Below are positions 1-8,420 of a stretch of 64,000 nt of DNA, one piece after another. The position numbers and the translations under genes are program-made. Origin of the DNA: an uncultured Pseudomonadota bacterium (GTDB lineage: Bacteria > Pseudomonadota > Gammaproteobacteria > Ga0077536); contig CACJXQ010000002.1 of the NCBI GenBank assembly GCA_902597385.1, forward strand, positions 20,413 through 84,412. Reading direction: 5' to 3'. The stretch's first letter is position 1; every line of letters starts with the position of its first letter. The notes below the pieces were generated by a model. The model was given only the letters and a program-made list of their open reading frames with translations. It was not told the DNA's origin and did not search any database.

Positions 1-447
1 TGCTGGCGTTGTGAATCCGCCTGGAGACAAGGCCTATTCTCACCGGGTTTTAGGGAAAGATAGGGATGACAAAGTGGTTGAAAAAAATAATGCCGAAATC
101 CATGATTATAGTTGGTGGTTGACTTGGCTGGAATGGATTCAGTCCAGAAGTGGACAAAGAAAAATGGCCACACCGCAGAGCACTTCTGTCATTGAGCCCT
201 CGCCAGGGAGCTATGTAATGGTAAAGTGAATTTGCGGTTGGTGGAACCTTAAAGCGGTAAAATCAGCCAAAATATGGGTATAAAGTGGGAAGGTCCCAGC
301 TGAATAGTGCCATCAACATCAAAGAAAGGTTCGATAAAATGTTTTTTGTGTATAATGGTATAAAAGTATTGTCCTTAAAAGCACAATACCGCAGCTAATC
401 TGTCCCAGTGAGGACACGAAAACGTTACTTAAGAGAGAATTAGACAG

Positions 448-894
448 ATGAAAGATGAGCAAAAAAACTATGAGTTTTTCGTTGGAGAGTCGACAGAGCT
501 GGAAGGGGCTTCCCTAGCTATCCAGGGTACTGCGAGGATTGATGGACGCCTCGTTGGAAAGGTCCAGGTAAAACATCTGATAGTAGGAAAAAGTGGGAAT
601 GTTTCCGGGGATATATCGGGCGAAACGGCTTGGATTGAGGGTGTTGTTGACGAAAGTTTGAATTTGTCCGGCAAACTCACAGTTGCCTCTACTGGCAAAA
701 TTCGGGGAAAGATCTCCTACGGTTCTATAGAAGCCCATGAGGGCGCAAAACTTGTGGGTGAAATATCGACGGATTGGGATGCCCCCTCAGCAGCCAGCTC
801 TGAAGATAGATTAAGTCGACTGGCCCAAAAGGTAGAACCCAAGCCAACTAGCAATCCATCTTCAGCCAACAAAAGCCCTGTCGGTGATGCCTAG
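448..894 (+). CDS. bactofilin (DUF583-type) cytoskeletal protein
   Basis: 148-aa ORF. The core is a run of short G/V/I-punctuated beta-strand repeats (RIDGRLVGKVQV, IVGKSGNVSGDISGE, IEGVVDESLNLSGKLTV, IRGKISYGSIEAHEGAKLVGEI), as in bactofilin beta-helices. A Pro/Ser-rich C-terminal tail follows. Confidence 0.8.
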   Translation: MKDEQKNYEFFVGESTELEGASLAIQGTARIDGRLVGKVQVKHLIVGKSGNVSGDISGETAWIEGVVDESLNLSGKLTVASTGKIRGKISYGSIEAHEGAKLVGEISTDWDAPSAASSEDRLSRLAQKVEPKPTSNPSSANKSPVGDA

Positions 895-932
895 AAATAT
901 ATAGGTATTTCGACTGAGTTGGTTTAACAGCT

Positions 933-1841
933 GTGTTAGATAGGTTTCTTAAACAGTTTGGTAAGCAAAATGGGAAGAAGAGAGAGGACGGGGTCCCGCA
1001 ATCTGCCGAAAGTGTTCCTGTTTCTCCCTATTTGGAAGAAGGAGAGGGCATAGAGCCTTCCAAGAATCCTGAGCGAGAGATCCGTGAGAAACCGGTCAAA
1101 TCTCCAAATGAAGCAACCACTATAGTTTTCGCTAATTCTAAAGGCGGGGTCGGAAAGAGTACCGTGGCATTCGTGTCTTGCCTAAAATTGGCCCTCGAAA
1201 AGCCCGATTTTCTTATAGAGTTTATCGATTTGGATCGACAAGGAACAACCAGTGAATCTTTGCACCGATTTGCGAACGAGAAGTTTAGGCTCGTCTCAGA
1301 CCCTGAGTTTCTTTTGGCTTCGGGAGGTGTAAATAACGCTAGGATCTATCAACATTTGAAATCTGGTTTTCAACTTAAGTCAGAAAATGAAAAGAGATTC
1401 GTTTTTTTTGATACCCCAGCGGGTACAACACCGACAGAGTATTCTTTTATGCTAGATGCTGATTATCTTCTTGTCCCTACTTCTGCTTCAGATGCAGACC
1501 TCGGGGCGACAAAGAAATTCTTGGGTCGCCTTTATGATGCGAACCCTCTGATAACCGGCGAAAAAATTAAATTTCTCCCCACGGTGGTGGTGATACCAAA
1601 TCTCTTGGAAGACAGAACCGAAATTTTGACCATTTATAGAAACCTAAGGGAGTTCCCTTGTTTCTTAGGTCATCCAATATTTTATTCCAGAGTATTTAGA
1701 ACTACTTTCAATTACGGAATTAGCGATCATAACGTGGTCGATTTGCTGCGTATTACAGAAGATTTTGGCGATTGGCTAGTGAATATAGTATGTGATCACA
1801 GTCTGACATCATATACTCCCTCGACTTTACACCAGATATAG
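933..1841 (+). CDS. orphan ParA/MinD-family P-loop ATPase with low-complexity N-terminal extension
   Basis: 302-aa ORF. GTG at 933 is the only in-frame start after the stop at 915-917. It has deviant Walker A NSKGGVGKST, A' motif IDLDRQG and Walker B FVFFDTPAG. The first ~70 aa are Pro/Glu/Lys-rich. It lies 38 nt after the upstream bactofilin and 16 nt before the next one. Confidence 0.8.
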   Translation: MLDRFLKQFGKQNGKKREDGVPQSAESVPVSPYLEEGEGIEPSKNPEREIREKPVKSPNEATTIVFANSKGGVGKSTVAFVSCLKLALEKPDFLIEFIDLDRQGTTSESLHRFANEKFRLVSDPEFLLASGGVNNARIYQHLKSGFQLKSENEKRFVFFDTPAGTTPTEYSFMLDADYLLVPTSASDADLGATKKFLGRLYDANPLITGEKIKFLPTVVVIPNLLEDRTEILTIYRNLREFPCFLGHPIFYSRVFRTTFNYGISDHNVVDLLRITEDFGDWLVNIVCDHSLTSYTPSTLHQI

Positions 1842-1857
1842 AGAGGTCTCTCTTTAA

Positions 1858-2232
1858 ATGTTGATTAATCCAAAAAAAAATACTTTAAAGAAATTGTCAA
1901 AGCAAACTTCTATAGTTGGTTTTGGGACGACTTTTATTGGAAACCTGAGGTGCGGAAAAGATCTCTATGTGGCGGGACGTGTTGAGGGAGACATAGAGGC
2001 AAGTGATGAGGCTGTAATTGAAATTGGTGACACAGGAGAAGTGAAAGGCGAGATAAAAGGTGACTCAGTACTGATTTATGGAACCGTTGATGGTGATGTG
2101 TCGGCCATACAAAAATTAGAAATTGGTAGTTCTGCAAGAGTTACAGGGAGACTTTCCTACTCTCTCCTAAAGTTGGAGCCTGGTGCAGTTTTTGAAGGGG
2201 AACTAGAGCATCAAGATGTCGACAGAAGCTGA
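1858..2232 (+). CDS. bactofilin (DUF583-type) cytoskeletal protein
   Basis: 124-aa ORF with GAGAGG upstream of the ATG. The beta-helix repeat pattern is LYVAGRVEGDIEA, VIEIGDTGEVKGEIKGDSVLIYGTVDGDVSA, LEIGSSARVTGRLSYSLLKLEPGAVFEGEL. The N-terminus is basic/hydrophobic (MLINPKKNTLKKL). Confidence 0.8.
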   Translation: MLINPKKNTLKKLSKQTSIVGFGTTFIGNLRCGKDLYVAGRVEGDIEASDEAVIEIGDTGEVKGEIKGDSVLIYGTVDGDVSAIQKLEIGSSARVTGRLSYSLLKLEPGAVFEGELEHQDVDRS

Positions 2233-2286
2233 ATCTCCCAATGACTAGACCTCCCAGCATAAAAAGCGAAGAAAATCGAAAATCCG

Positions 2287-2299
2287 TAGATTGTAAGCA
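2287..2299 (+). repeat. 13-nt direct repeat copy 1 (TAGATTGTAAGCA)
   Basis: Read directly. The second copy, TAGATTGTAGGCA at 2538-2550, differs at one base. The two copies bracket the AT-rich intergenic region between the bactofilin operon and the HU-like gene. Confidence 0.6.
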
Positions 2300-2537
2300 A
2301 ATATATAAAAAAAAGAGTCTTTTTTTTAGGTTAGGATTGATCTGGCGGACGAATTGAGATTAAATTGTTTTCGCCGAACAGCGTGAAAAGACGGTCGTTC
2401 TGGTTTAAGTTCTAGAGATGATCGAATTAAAGTTTAAAATGCTCAATATTTAACTTGAATTAGCATATGTTAAAGAGATAGCATTTTAATTTAAGAACCG
2501 GGAATTGTGACGCAAATAGGCTACTCGGATTGCCCGC

Positions 2538-2550
2538 TAGATTGTAGGCA
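2538..2550 (+). repeat. 13-nt direct repeat copy 2 (TAGATTGTAGGCA)
   Basis: Read directly. It matches 2287-2299 at 12 of 13 positions. Confidence 0.6.
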
Positions 2551-2645
2551 TGTTTATTGAGAAGCGGTTCGTACAAGACTCTAGTTGTTTTTGGAAACAC
2601 GGGTCAATTCCTAAGTATAAAGTGCCACCTGCCATGGGAGGAAAT

Positions 2646-2969
2646 ATGAGCAGCGCAATTACACAAAAACAAACTAAGTCTCAAATAATCGCTGCAGTTG
2701 CAGAAGAATCAAATTTGAGCAAAAAGGAGGTCCAAGCAGTGCTTTTGGCTGTAAAAGGACTAGCTGCATGCCATCTAATTAAAAACGGTTCTGGAGAATT
2801 CACAGTTCCTGAGTTAGGGGTAAAATTGAAACGAGTTGATAAGCCTGCAAGACCTGCGGGTAAGGCGAGAAATCCTTTCACTGGAGAGATGGTTGATGTA
2901 GAGGCTAGGCCGGCCAGCTTATCTGTTCGGGCAACTGCTATGAAGGCTATTAAGGACGTAGTCCTATAA
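2646..2969 (+). CDS. HU/IHF-family DNA-binding protein with extended beta-arm
   Basis: The ORF-track start 2550 was trimmed to ATG 2646, which has GGGAGG at 2636-2641 (ATG 2634 is also possible). SKKEVQAVLLAV...GEFTVPELG...ARNPFTGEMV...RATAMKAIKD matches the HU fold, including the RNP-x-TGE arm motif. A strong terminator follows. Confidence 0.75.
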   Translation: MSSAITQKQTKSQIIAAVAEESNLSKKEVQAVLLAVKGLAACHLIKNGSGEFTVPELGVKLKRVDKPARPAGKARNPFTGEMVDVEARPASLSVRATAMKAIKDVVL

Positions 2970-2992
2970 TAATCTTGTGATGCTCTCTAAAT

Positions 2993-3021
2993 AAAAAGCC
3001 GGTTTTAAACCGGCTTTTTTT
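2993..3021 (+). terminator. rho-independent terminator after the HU-like gene
   Basis: AAAAAGCCGGTTTTAAACCGGCTTTTTTT: a GC-cored stem (GCCGGTT/AACCGGC) followed by a T7 run. An A-run upstream makes it potentially bidirectional. Confidence 0.85.
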
Positions 3022-3070
3022 ATTTAGAGAGTTTCTATTTCAATGTGGCCCTTATGGAGATTGGTGAAAA

Positions 3071-4330
3071 ATGCATTGTCAAATTATTGGTGGTGGTTTA
3101 CTAGGCCTGACATCTGCTTGGTTCTTAAGGAAATTGGGTCACGAGGTATCCTTATATGAGAAAGATGAGGAGGTCGGTCTAGGCACCAGCTTCGCTAATG
3201 GAGGTATGCTTCATGCTAGTGAGGCGAATCCGTGGAATCACCCGGGAATATTTTGGCAAGCATTAAAAATGTTGGGTAAAGAAGACTCCGCTCTCCTAAT
3301 AAGGCCTTATGCAGTTGCTGGTATGTTGCCTTGGATTTTTTCATTTTTCATAAACTCATCGGCCAGCAGATTTAAAAAAAATTTGGAGAAAAACGCTCGC
3401 TTGGCCCAGTTCTCCATTGAAATGCTCAGGGATGAGTTTTTGCCTCTTGGGCTCGATTTTGATTGTAGGCAAGTTGGTACTTTAAAAATTTATTCAAATT
3501 CTTCTGCTCTAACAGTCGCCTGCAGTCTTGCAGATGAAGCCTCCGCCATGGGTATTCGCCATATTATTCTGAACCGCTCAGAATTACTCGAACTTGAACC
3601 TTCCTTGGACGCCGCTAAAGGCGACCTTGTAGGAGGCATCTATTACCCTGATGATATTTCCGGGGATGCGCATAGTTTCTGCAAGGCGCTATCAAGGGTA
3701 TGCGCAGAGTCTGGAATAGATATTCGGTTAAATTCCTCCGTTGACGAAATCCTGGTTCATGACGGCAAGTTTGGAGGATTAAGAGTAAATAATGAGATGG
3801 TTTCTGGTGATGTATGTGTCCTGGCTGCTGGGTGCGGAAGCAAAGCCTTAGCGAAGCACCTGGGGATAAAAGTCCCTCTTGAGCCTGTGAAAGGCTATTC
3901 GATCACGGTGGATACCAAGGAATGGCGAGTTAAGCCTAGAATGCCAATTATAGATGAATCTCGTCACGCAGCAGTTTGTCCACTAGGAGCGCGACTAAGA
4001 ATAGCGGGTACCGCTGAGTTTGCCGGTTTTAACACCGATATGGTGGCAGCGCGGATAGACAATCTATCCGATGTTTGTGCGGCTCTTTTTCCCTTTACAA
4101 AAAACATTGCTAGAGATTCGGATGTCTCCCCATGGTTTGGTTATCGGCCAATGACCTCAGATGGGGTTGGCATTATTGGAGGAACAGATTTGGAGGGTCT
4201 ATTTCTTAATACTGGGCATGGCCACCTGGGATGGACAATGGCGCCGGGTTCGGGAAAGCTGCTAGCCGACATAATATCAGACAATCCATCCGTTCTTTCT
4301 AAGGAAGACTACCTATTATCACGATTTTAA
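3071..4330 (+). CDS. FAD-dependent oxidoreductase, D-amino-acid dehydrogenase (DadA)-like
   Basis: 419 aa. The N-terminal Rossmann dinucleotide motif is IIGGGLLGLTSAWFLRKLGHEVSLYEKD, followed by GTSFANGGML. The C-terminal HGHLGWTMAPGSG is typical of the DAO family. Confidence 0.8.
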   Translation: MHCQIIGGGLLGLTSAWFLRKLGHEVSLYEKDEEVGLGTSFANGGMLHASEANPWNHPGIFWQALKMLGKEDSALLIRPYAVAGMLPWIFSFFINSSASRFKKNLEKNARLAQFSIEMLRDEFLPLGLDFDCRQVGTLKIYSNSSALTVACSLADEASAMGIRHIILNRSELLELEPSLDAAKGDLVGGIYYPDDISGDAHSFCKALSRVCAESGIDIRLNSSVDEILVHDGKFGGLRVNNEMVSGDVCVLAAGCGSKALAKHLGIKVPLEPVKGYSITVDTKEWRVKPRMPIIDESRHAAVCPLGARLRIAGTAEFAGFNTDMVAARIDNLSDVCAALFPFTKNIARDSDVSPWFGYRPMTSDGVGIIGGTDLEGLFLNTGHGHLGWTMAPGSGKLLADIISDNPSVLSKEDYLLSRF

Positions 4331-4500
4331 CTCCAAAGAATTTTGGCGTGTAGGAATTTCATCACCTCCATCTGTCGGCCACTTTGGGGTGATGTTTGAT
4401 CCTTAGTTAGAAGACTTTAATATACTTAATCAGACTAATCCTTGACAGCAGCTGGTTTCGAATCTAGGTTAGTACTTATTCATGAACGGGGGATTTTGAT

Positions 4501-5349
4501 GTGAAACAGATGGAAACACTGCTTGATGGTTTTGTTTTTATAGAGGGACCTCGGTGGCACAAAGGCAGGCTTTATTTCTCTGATATGTGGGGTCACGCGG
4601 TATACTCTGCCTCGGAGGATGGTGATGTAAAAAAAATAGCTGAGGTTCCTGGTAGGCCGTCTGGGTTAAACTTTTTACCTGACGGTAGGTTGATAGTTGT
4701 GTCGATGGCCGACCGAAAGCTGTTTGAAATATCGAAGGCTGGTTCCTTGTCGGAGTATGCTGATCTTTCGGACATTATTGACTCGGATATTAATGATTCA
4801 GTGGTAGATAGTGCCGGAAATATTTATGTGGGTAGTTTTGGTTACGATCTCTTTGCCAATGAGGAACCAAAGTTAGCGTCCATGGCGATAGTCGAAAAAA
4901 ATGGTTCTGTTGGAATAGCTGCTGATGGACTTAATTTTCCCAACGGAGCGGTGATTAGCCCAAGTGGGGACACGCTTATTTGTGCTGAAACATTTGGACA
5001 TTGTCTAACAGCTTTTAATATTAACTCTACCGGTCAGCTTACGAATAGACGAGTATGGGCTGATCTAGGAGAGCATACCCCTGACGGTATTTGCTTGGAC
5101 GCCGAGGGTGCTATCTGGGTTGCTAGCTTTGTCACTGGTGTTTTTCTCAGGGTCGAAGAAGGCGGAAAAATAACCGAAGAAATATCTGTAGACGGTAAAA
5201 GGGCAGTTGCCTGTAACTTAGGTGGAGCCGATGGTTGTACTTTATTCGGTATAACCTTTGAAGGCGAGATTGAAGATATCGGTGGTAAGGCAAAGAAAGC
5301 TAGAGTAGAAATCTGTCGGGTTGAGGTGCCTACAGCTTCTTCTCCTTAG
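4501..5349 (+). CDS. SMP-30/gluconolactonase/LRE-like beta-propeller protein
   Basis: 282 aa. GTG start with GGGGGA 8 nt upstream. Pattern FIEGPRWHKGRLYFSD...PSGLNFLPDGRLIV...NFPNGAVISPSGDTL...PDGICLDAEGAIWVA is typical of the SGL family. Confidence 0.75.
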   Translation: MKQMETLLDGFVFIEGPRWHKGRLYFSDMWGHAVYSASEDGDVKKIAEVPGRPSGLNFLPDGRLIVVSMADRKLFEISKAGSLSEYADLSDIIDSDINDSVVDSAGNIYVGSFGYDLFANEEPKLASMAIVEKNGSVGIAADGLNFPNGAVISPSGDTLICAETFGHCLTAFNINSTGQLTNRRVWADLGEHTPDGICLDAEGAIWVASFVTGVFLRVEEGGKITEEISVDGKRAVACNLGGADGCTLFGITFEGEIEDIGGKAKKARVEICRVEVPTASSP

Positions 5350-5383
5350 AAAGAGGCATCCTGTTAACGATAAGGCTAAACTA

Positions 5384-6541
5384 ATGAAAGGTAGTAGTGA
5401 GAGAATATTATGCACCCATGTGGGTAGCCTGCCACGGAGTAGGGAACTATCCGATTTATTGATAGCCGAAGAGAAGGGTATTGAAATTGATCGGGCTCGT
5501 CTCAATCTGCTAAGTGAAAAAGGGGTTAAGCACTGCGTCGAAAAACAAGTGACATCGGGTATAGATGTCATAAATGACGGAGAGCAACCGAGAGTAGGCT
5601 TTCAAACTTATGTTGGGCAACGCTTAAACGGTTTCGGAGGGACCAGTGAGAGGCTTCCTTTTGCAGATTTCGCAAAGTATGAAGATTTTGGCGAGGTGTG
5701 GAGTAAAAGAGGGATGGTTTACTCTTCGGTTTTTGATGCTCCCGCTGCCGATGATCAAGTTGAGTATACCGACCTTAACCCTGCCTCGTCTGAGTGCGAT
5801 CTGTTCGATGCCGCGATATCTGAGTTTAATGGGAAATATGTTGAAGCTTTTATGACCTCGGCCAGTCCAGGGATAGTCTGTACGACCATGGGAAATAGAT
5901 ATTATGAATCACATTCTGATTATGTTTATGCAGTGGCAGCGGAAATGAAAAAAGAGTATGACCTTATACATAGCAGAGGATATCTTCTGCAACTTGATTG
6001 TCCTGATCTTGCTATGGAGCGTCACGGGATGTTTCAACACTCTACAAGCGGAGAATTTATCGACGCGATATCAGTTCATATAGACGCCATAAATGAAGCT
6101 TGTCGCGACATACCCAAAGAAATGATCCGTCTTCATGTTTGTTGGGGAAATTACGACGGACCACATGATTGTGATGTGCCTCTGAAAGAAATATGGCCTG
6201 CAATATCACAAGCAAACGTTGGAGCTTTTTCTATAGAATTTGCAAATCCACGTCATCAGCATGAATATGCAGAACTGAAAAAAGTCAACAGACGAGATGA
6301 CTTCATTTTGATACCGGGTGTAATCGACTCAACAGTAAACTACGTTGAACATCCTCAAGTTGTTTGCAATAGGATTTTGGAAGCAGTGGATGCCGTAGGA
6401 GATAAGACACGCGTAATAGCAGGAGCAGACTGTGGATTTGGTACTTTTGCTGGGTGGGAAATGGTAGCGCCAACTGTTGTATGGGCGAAGATGGCAGCAC
6501 TCTCAGAGGGAGCGCGGCTGGCAAGTGAAGTGCTGTGGTAA
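5384..6541 (+). CDS. cobalamin-independent methionine synthase (MetE C-terminal domain)-like methyltransferase family protein
   Basis: Start trimmed to ATG 5384, because ORF-track 5321 overlaps the upstream gene. Motifs THVGSLPRS, INDGEQPR, HVCWGNY and ADCGFG resemble the COG0620 MetE-like family. Confidence 0.7.
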   Translation: MKGSSERILCTHVGSLPRSRELSDLLIAEEKGIEIDRARLNLLSEKGVKHCVEKQVTSGIDVINDGEQPRVGFQTYVGQRLNGFGGTSERLPFADFAKYEDFGEVWSKRGMVYSSVFDAPAADDQVEYTDLNPASSECDLFDAAISEFNGKYVEAFMTSASPGIVCTTMGNRYYESHSDYVYAVAAEMKKEYDLIHSRGYLLQLDCPDLAMERHGMFQHSTSGEFIDAISVHIDAINEACRDIPKEMIRLHVCWGNYDGPHDCDVPLKEIWPAISQANVGAFSIEFANPRHQHEYAELKKVNRRDDFILIPGVIDSTVNYVEHPQVVCNRILEAVDAVGDKTRVIAGADCGFGTFAGWEMVAPTVVWAKMAALSEGARLASEVLW

Positions 6542-6572
6542 ACTTGCCGAACTTAATAAAGGAGGGTTTTAT

Positions 6573-7010
6573 ATGTCCAAAAATGCTGAACATTTAGAAG
6601 ATATAAGTCAATTAAAGGCGCGTTATTTTAGATTAATGGATACTCAGCAATGGGATAGTTGGCACGATTGTTTTACAGATGATGTATCTGCTACCTACGA
6701 GGGTGCTCCTCGGATAAGTAAGGAGGAGCCCGAGGATATCCATATTACTGGACGTGAAGAGCTCGTGGAGGGGGTAAAGAAATTAATGACCGGCGCATGT
6801 TCTATGCATCAGGGTTTTATGCCAGAGATAGAAATTTTGAGTGATGAAAAAGCTACGGGTATCTGGGCTATGTTTGATTATGTGAGATTACCGACCTGTA
6901 ATTTTAAGGGTTGGGGTCATTATCATGAAGTCTACGTTAGAAGTTCTGAAGGTTGGAAAATTGAGAAAATCCATTTAACCCGTTTGCACACGGAGGAAGA
7001 ATGGGTTTGA
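6573..7010 (+). CDS. SnoaL-like / NTF2-fold protein (BaiE-dehydratase-like fold)
   Basis: Start trimmed to ATG 6573 (AAAGGAGGG upstream). 145 aa. ISQLKARYFRLMDTQQWDSWHDCFTDD is the typical N-terminal helix pattern of SnoaL_4/NTF2-like proteins. Confidence 0.65.
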   Translation: MSKNAEHLEDISQLKARYFRLMDTQQWDSWHDCFTDDVSATYEGAPRISKEEPEDIHITGREELVEGVKKLMTGACSMHQGFMPEIEILSDEKATGIWAMFDYVRLPTCNFKGWGHYHEVYVRSSEGWKIEKIHLTRLHTEEEWV

Positions 7011-7017
7011 ACCTATT

Positions 7018-7173
7018 TCATCTGAAGATAACAGCTAGTCCCGACGCTATTGAAAGAAAAAAGAAAAAAATAATCACGGTCTTATTTTTGTGAAGGTTGT
7101 CTATGTCAGCGACGGTCGCAACTAATCCAGCAACAGAAAATGCGAGAACCCAAAGTCCTATCCAAGAAATCAA
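7018..7173 (-). CDS. possible small two-TM membrane protein (51 aa, TTG start)
   Basis: Not in the ORF track because it is under 60 aa. AAAGGAG lies 9 nt upstream of TTG. Translation: (M)ISWIGLWVLAFSVAGLVATVADIDNLHKNKTVIIFFFFLSIASGLAVIFR, two hydrophobic segments. It lies directly downstream of the CoA-transferase gene. There is no homology evidence. Confidence 0.2.
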   Translation of the reverse strand: MISWIGLWVLAFSVAGLVATVADIDNLHKNKTVIIFFFFLSIASGLAVIFR

Positions 7174-7217
7174 TAATATATACTCCTTTAGTGATTGGTA
7201 ATTTGGCGTATTAGGTT

Positions 7218-8411
7218 TTAAGGTTGAAAAATAACCTTTTCTTTTATTAATTGTTGAATCTCTGGCTCACTCATAAATAACTCTTCCATTAGGGTTGATA
7301 CAGAGTGTTCCCCTATAGAAGATACCGAGGTATTGCCATTCAGTCCTGCGTTGGAATACTTTATGGGTGTGCCTGCTGCTTGGAATGATCCGATGTCATC
7401 GACGATTTCCATCATAAGTCCCCTATATCTCAATTGCGGATCGTTGACTGCTTGTTTAAGAGTTTTGTACTGAGCGCAAGGAATTTTTGCCTCTTCGAAG
7501 GTTTCTAAAACCTGTTTTGAGTCGAGATTTGCAGACCAATTTTCCGCGATAGTCATTAATTCGTTATAATTTTCAAAGCGAACGCTCTCCGTAGCGAAGC
7601 GACTGTCGTTCAATAAATCCGTTCTCTCAAGACATTTTACTAAGTTTATGAACTGGCTTTGAGATAAAGGCATTATGACTACGTATCCGTCTTTTGTTGC
7701 AATAGGACCATATTGTCTTCCCACATCTTCGTTTAACAGTGAACTTTGAAGATCTCTGTGCATGCTAGCTATAAGACAATCAATCATAGCAATGTCTATG
7801 TGTTGACCTGTTTCCGTGTTACTTCTATAAAAAAGAGCAGCACCAATTGCTCCGAAAGCTTGGAGAGAGGCTGTCGTATCTCCAACTGGTGGCCCCATGT
7901 TTAAAGGTTTAGCAGGGTCGTTTTGAGCGTTAAGGTAGGTAAGGTCAAAACCACTAGCCGCTTGTACAATCGGTGCATAGGCTGGTTTATTACTGTCTGG
8001 GCCTCTCTGGCCGTAGCCAGAAATAGAGCACATGATCAGTTTTGGGTTGGTTTTTCGTAACTCCTCGTAACCTAGACCTAAACGTTTCATGACACCAGGG
8101 CTAAAATTTTCGACCACTACATCGTATTTCTTTATGAGGCGTTTACATATAGAGATCGCTTCAAGTTTTTTTAAATCTAAAGAAATATTTCTCTTTCCAA
8201 AATTCAACGCTGCGTATACCGCGCTATTCTGACCCCTCATGGGGGCGACTTTCCGCATAATTTCACCTTTTGGGTGTTCTACCTTTAGCACGTTAGCGCC
8301 GAGATCAGAGAGCATTTTAGTGCAATAAGAACCAGCGATCACTCCAGAAAAATCTAACACGTTTACGCCAGTATAGACTTTTTCTTGTAAGGGTTGATTT
8401 ATATTTGCCAT
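7218..8411 (-). CDS. family III CoA-transferase (CaiB/BaiF family)
   Basis: 397 aa. The N-terminus GVNVLDFSGVIAGSYCTKMLSDLGANVLKVE is the hallmark CaiB/BaiF Rossmann start, and the length is typical of the family. Confidence 0.85.
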   Translation of the reverse strand: MANINQPLQEKVYTGVNVLDFSGVIAGSYCTKMLSDLGANVLKVEHPKGEIMRKVAPMRGQNSAVYAALNFGKRNISLDLKKLEAISICKRLIKKYDVVVENFSPGVMKRLGLGYEELRKTNPKLIMCSISGYGQRGPDSNKPAYAPIVQAASGFDLTYLNAQNDPAKPLNMGPPVGDTTASLQAFGAIGAALFYRSNTETGQHIDIAMIDCLIASMHRDLQSSLLNEDVGRQYGPIATKDGYVVIMPLSQSQFINLVKCLERTDLLNDSRFATESVRFENYNELMTIAENWSANLDSKQVLETFEEAKIPCAQYKTLKQAVNDPQLRYRGLMMEIVDDIGSFQAAGTPIKYSNAGLNGNTSVSSIGEHSVSTLMEELFMSEPEIQQLIKEKVIFQP

Positions 8412-8420
8412 TATTGAAAA

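Noticed and set aside
2-229. Frame open from the window edge to the stop at 227-229 (ORF track 11..229, GTG), possibly the 3' end of a truncated gene.
   Set aside because: It has no recognisable domain, and the Trp-rich tail has no family resemblance. It cannot be distinguished from a chance open frame, so it is not reported as a feature.
2307-2327. A8-GAGTC-T8 hairpin after the second bactofilin, considered as an intrinsic terminator.
   Set aside because: The stem would consist only of A:T pairs and is too weak to call. It is mentioned only as context.
2550-2645. N-terminal extensions implied by the ORF-track starts (2550 for HU-like, 5321 for MetE-like, 6477 for SnoaL-like, 54254 for msrB, 16890 for dctQM, 25720 for HAD).
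   Set aside because: The extensions overlap upstream genes or lack homology, whereas the internal ATGs have Shine-Dalgarno sequences and give family-typical N-termini.
4451-4470. GGTTTCGAATC, reminiscent of a tRNA T-loop (GGTTCGAATCC).
   Set aside because: The flanking bases do not form a T-stem, and no acceptor, D or anticodon arms can be folded. It sits in a promoter-like region (TTGACA at 4442-4447).
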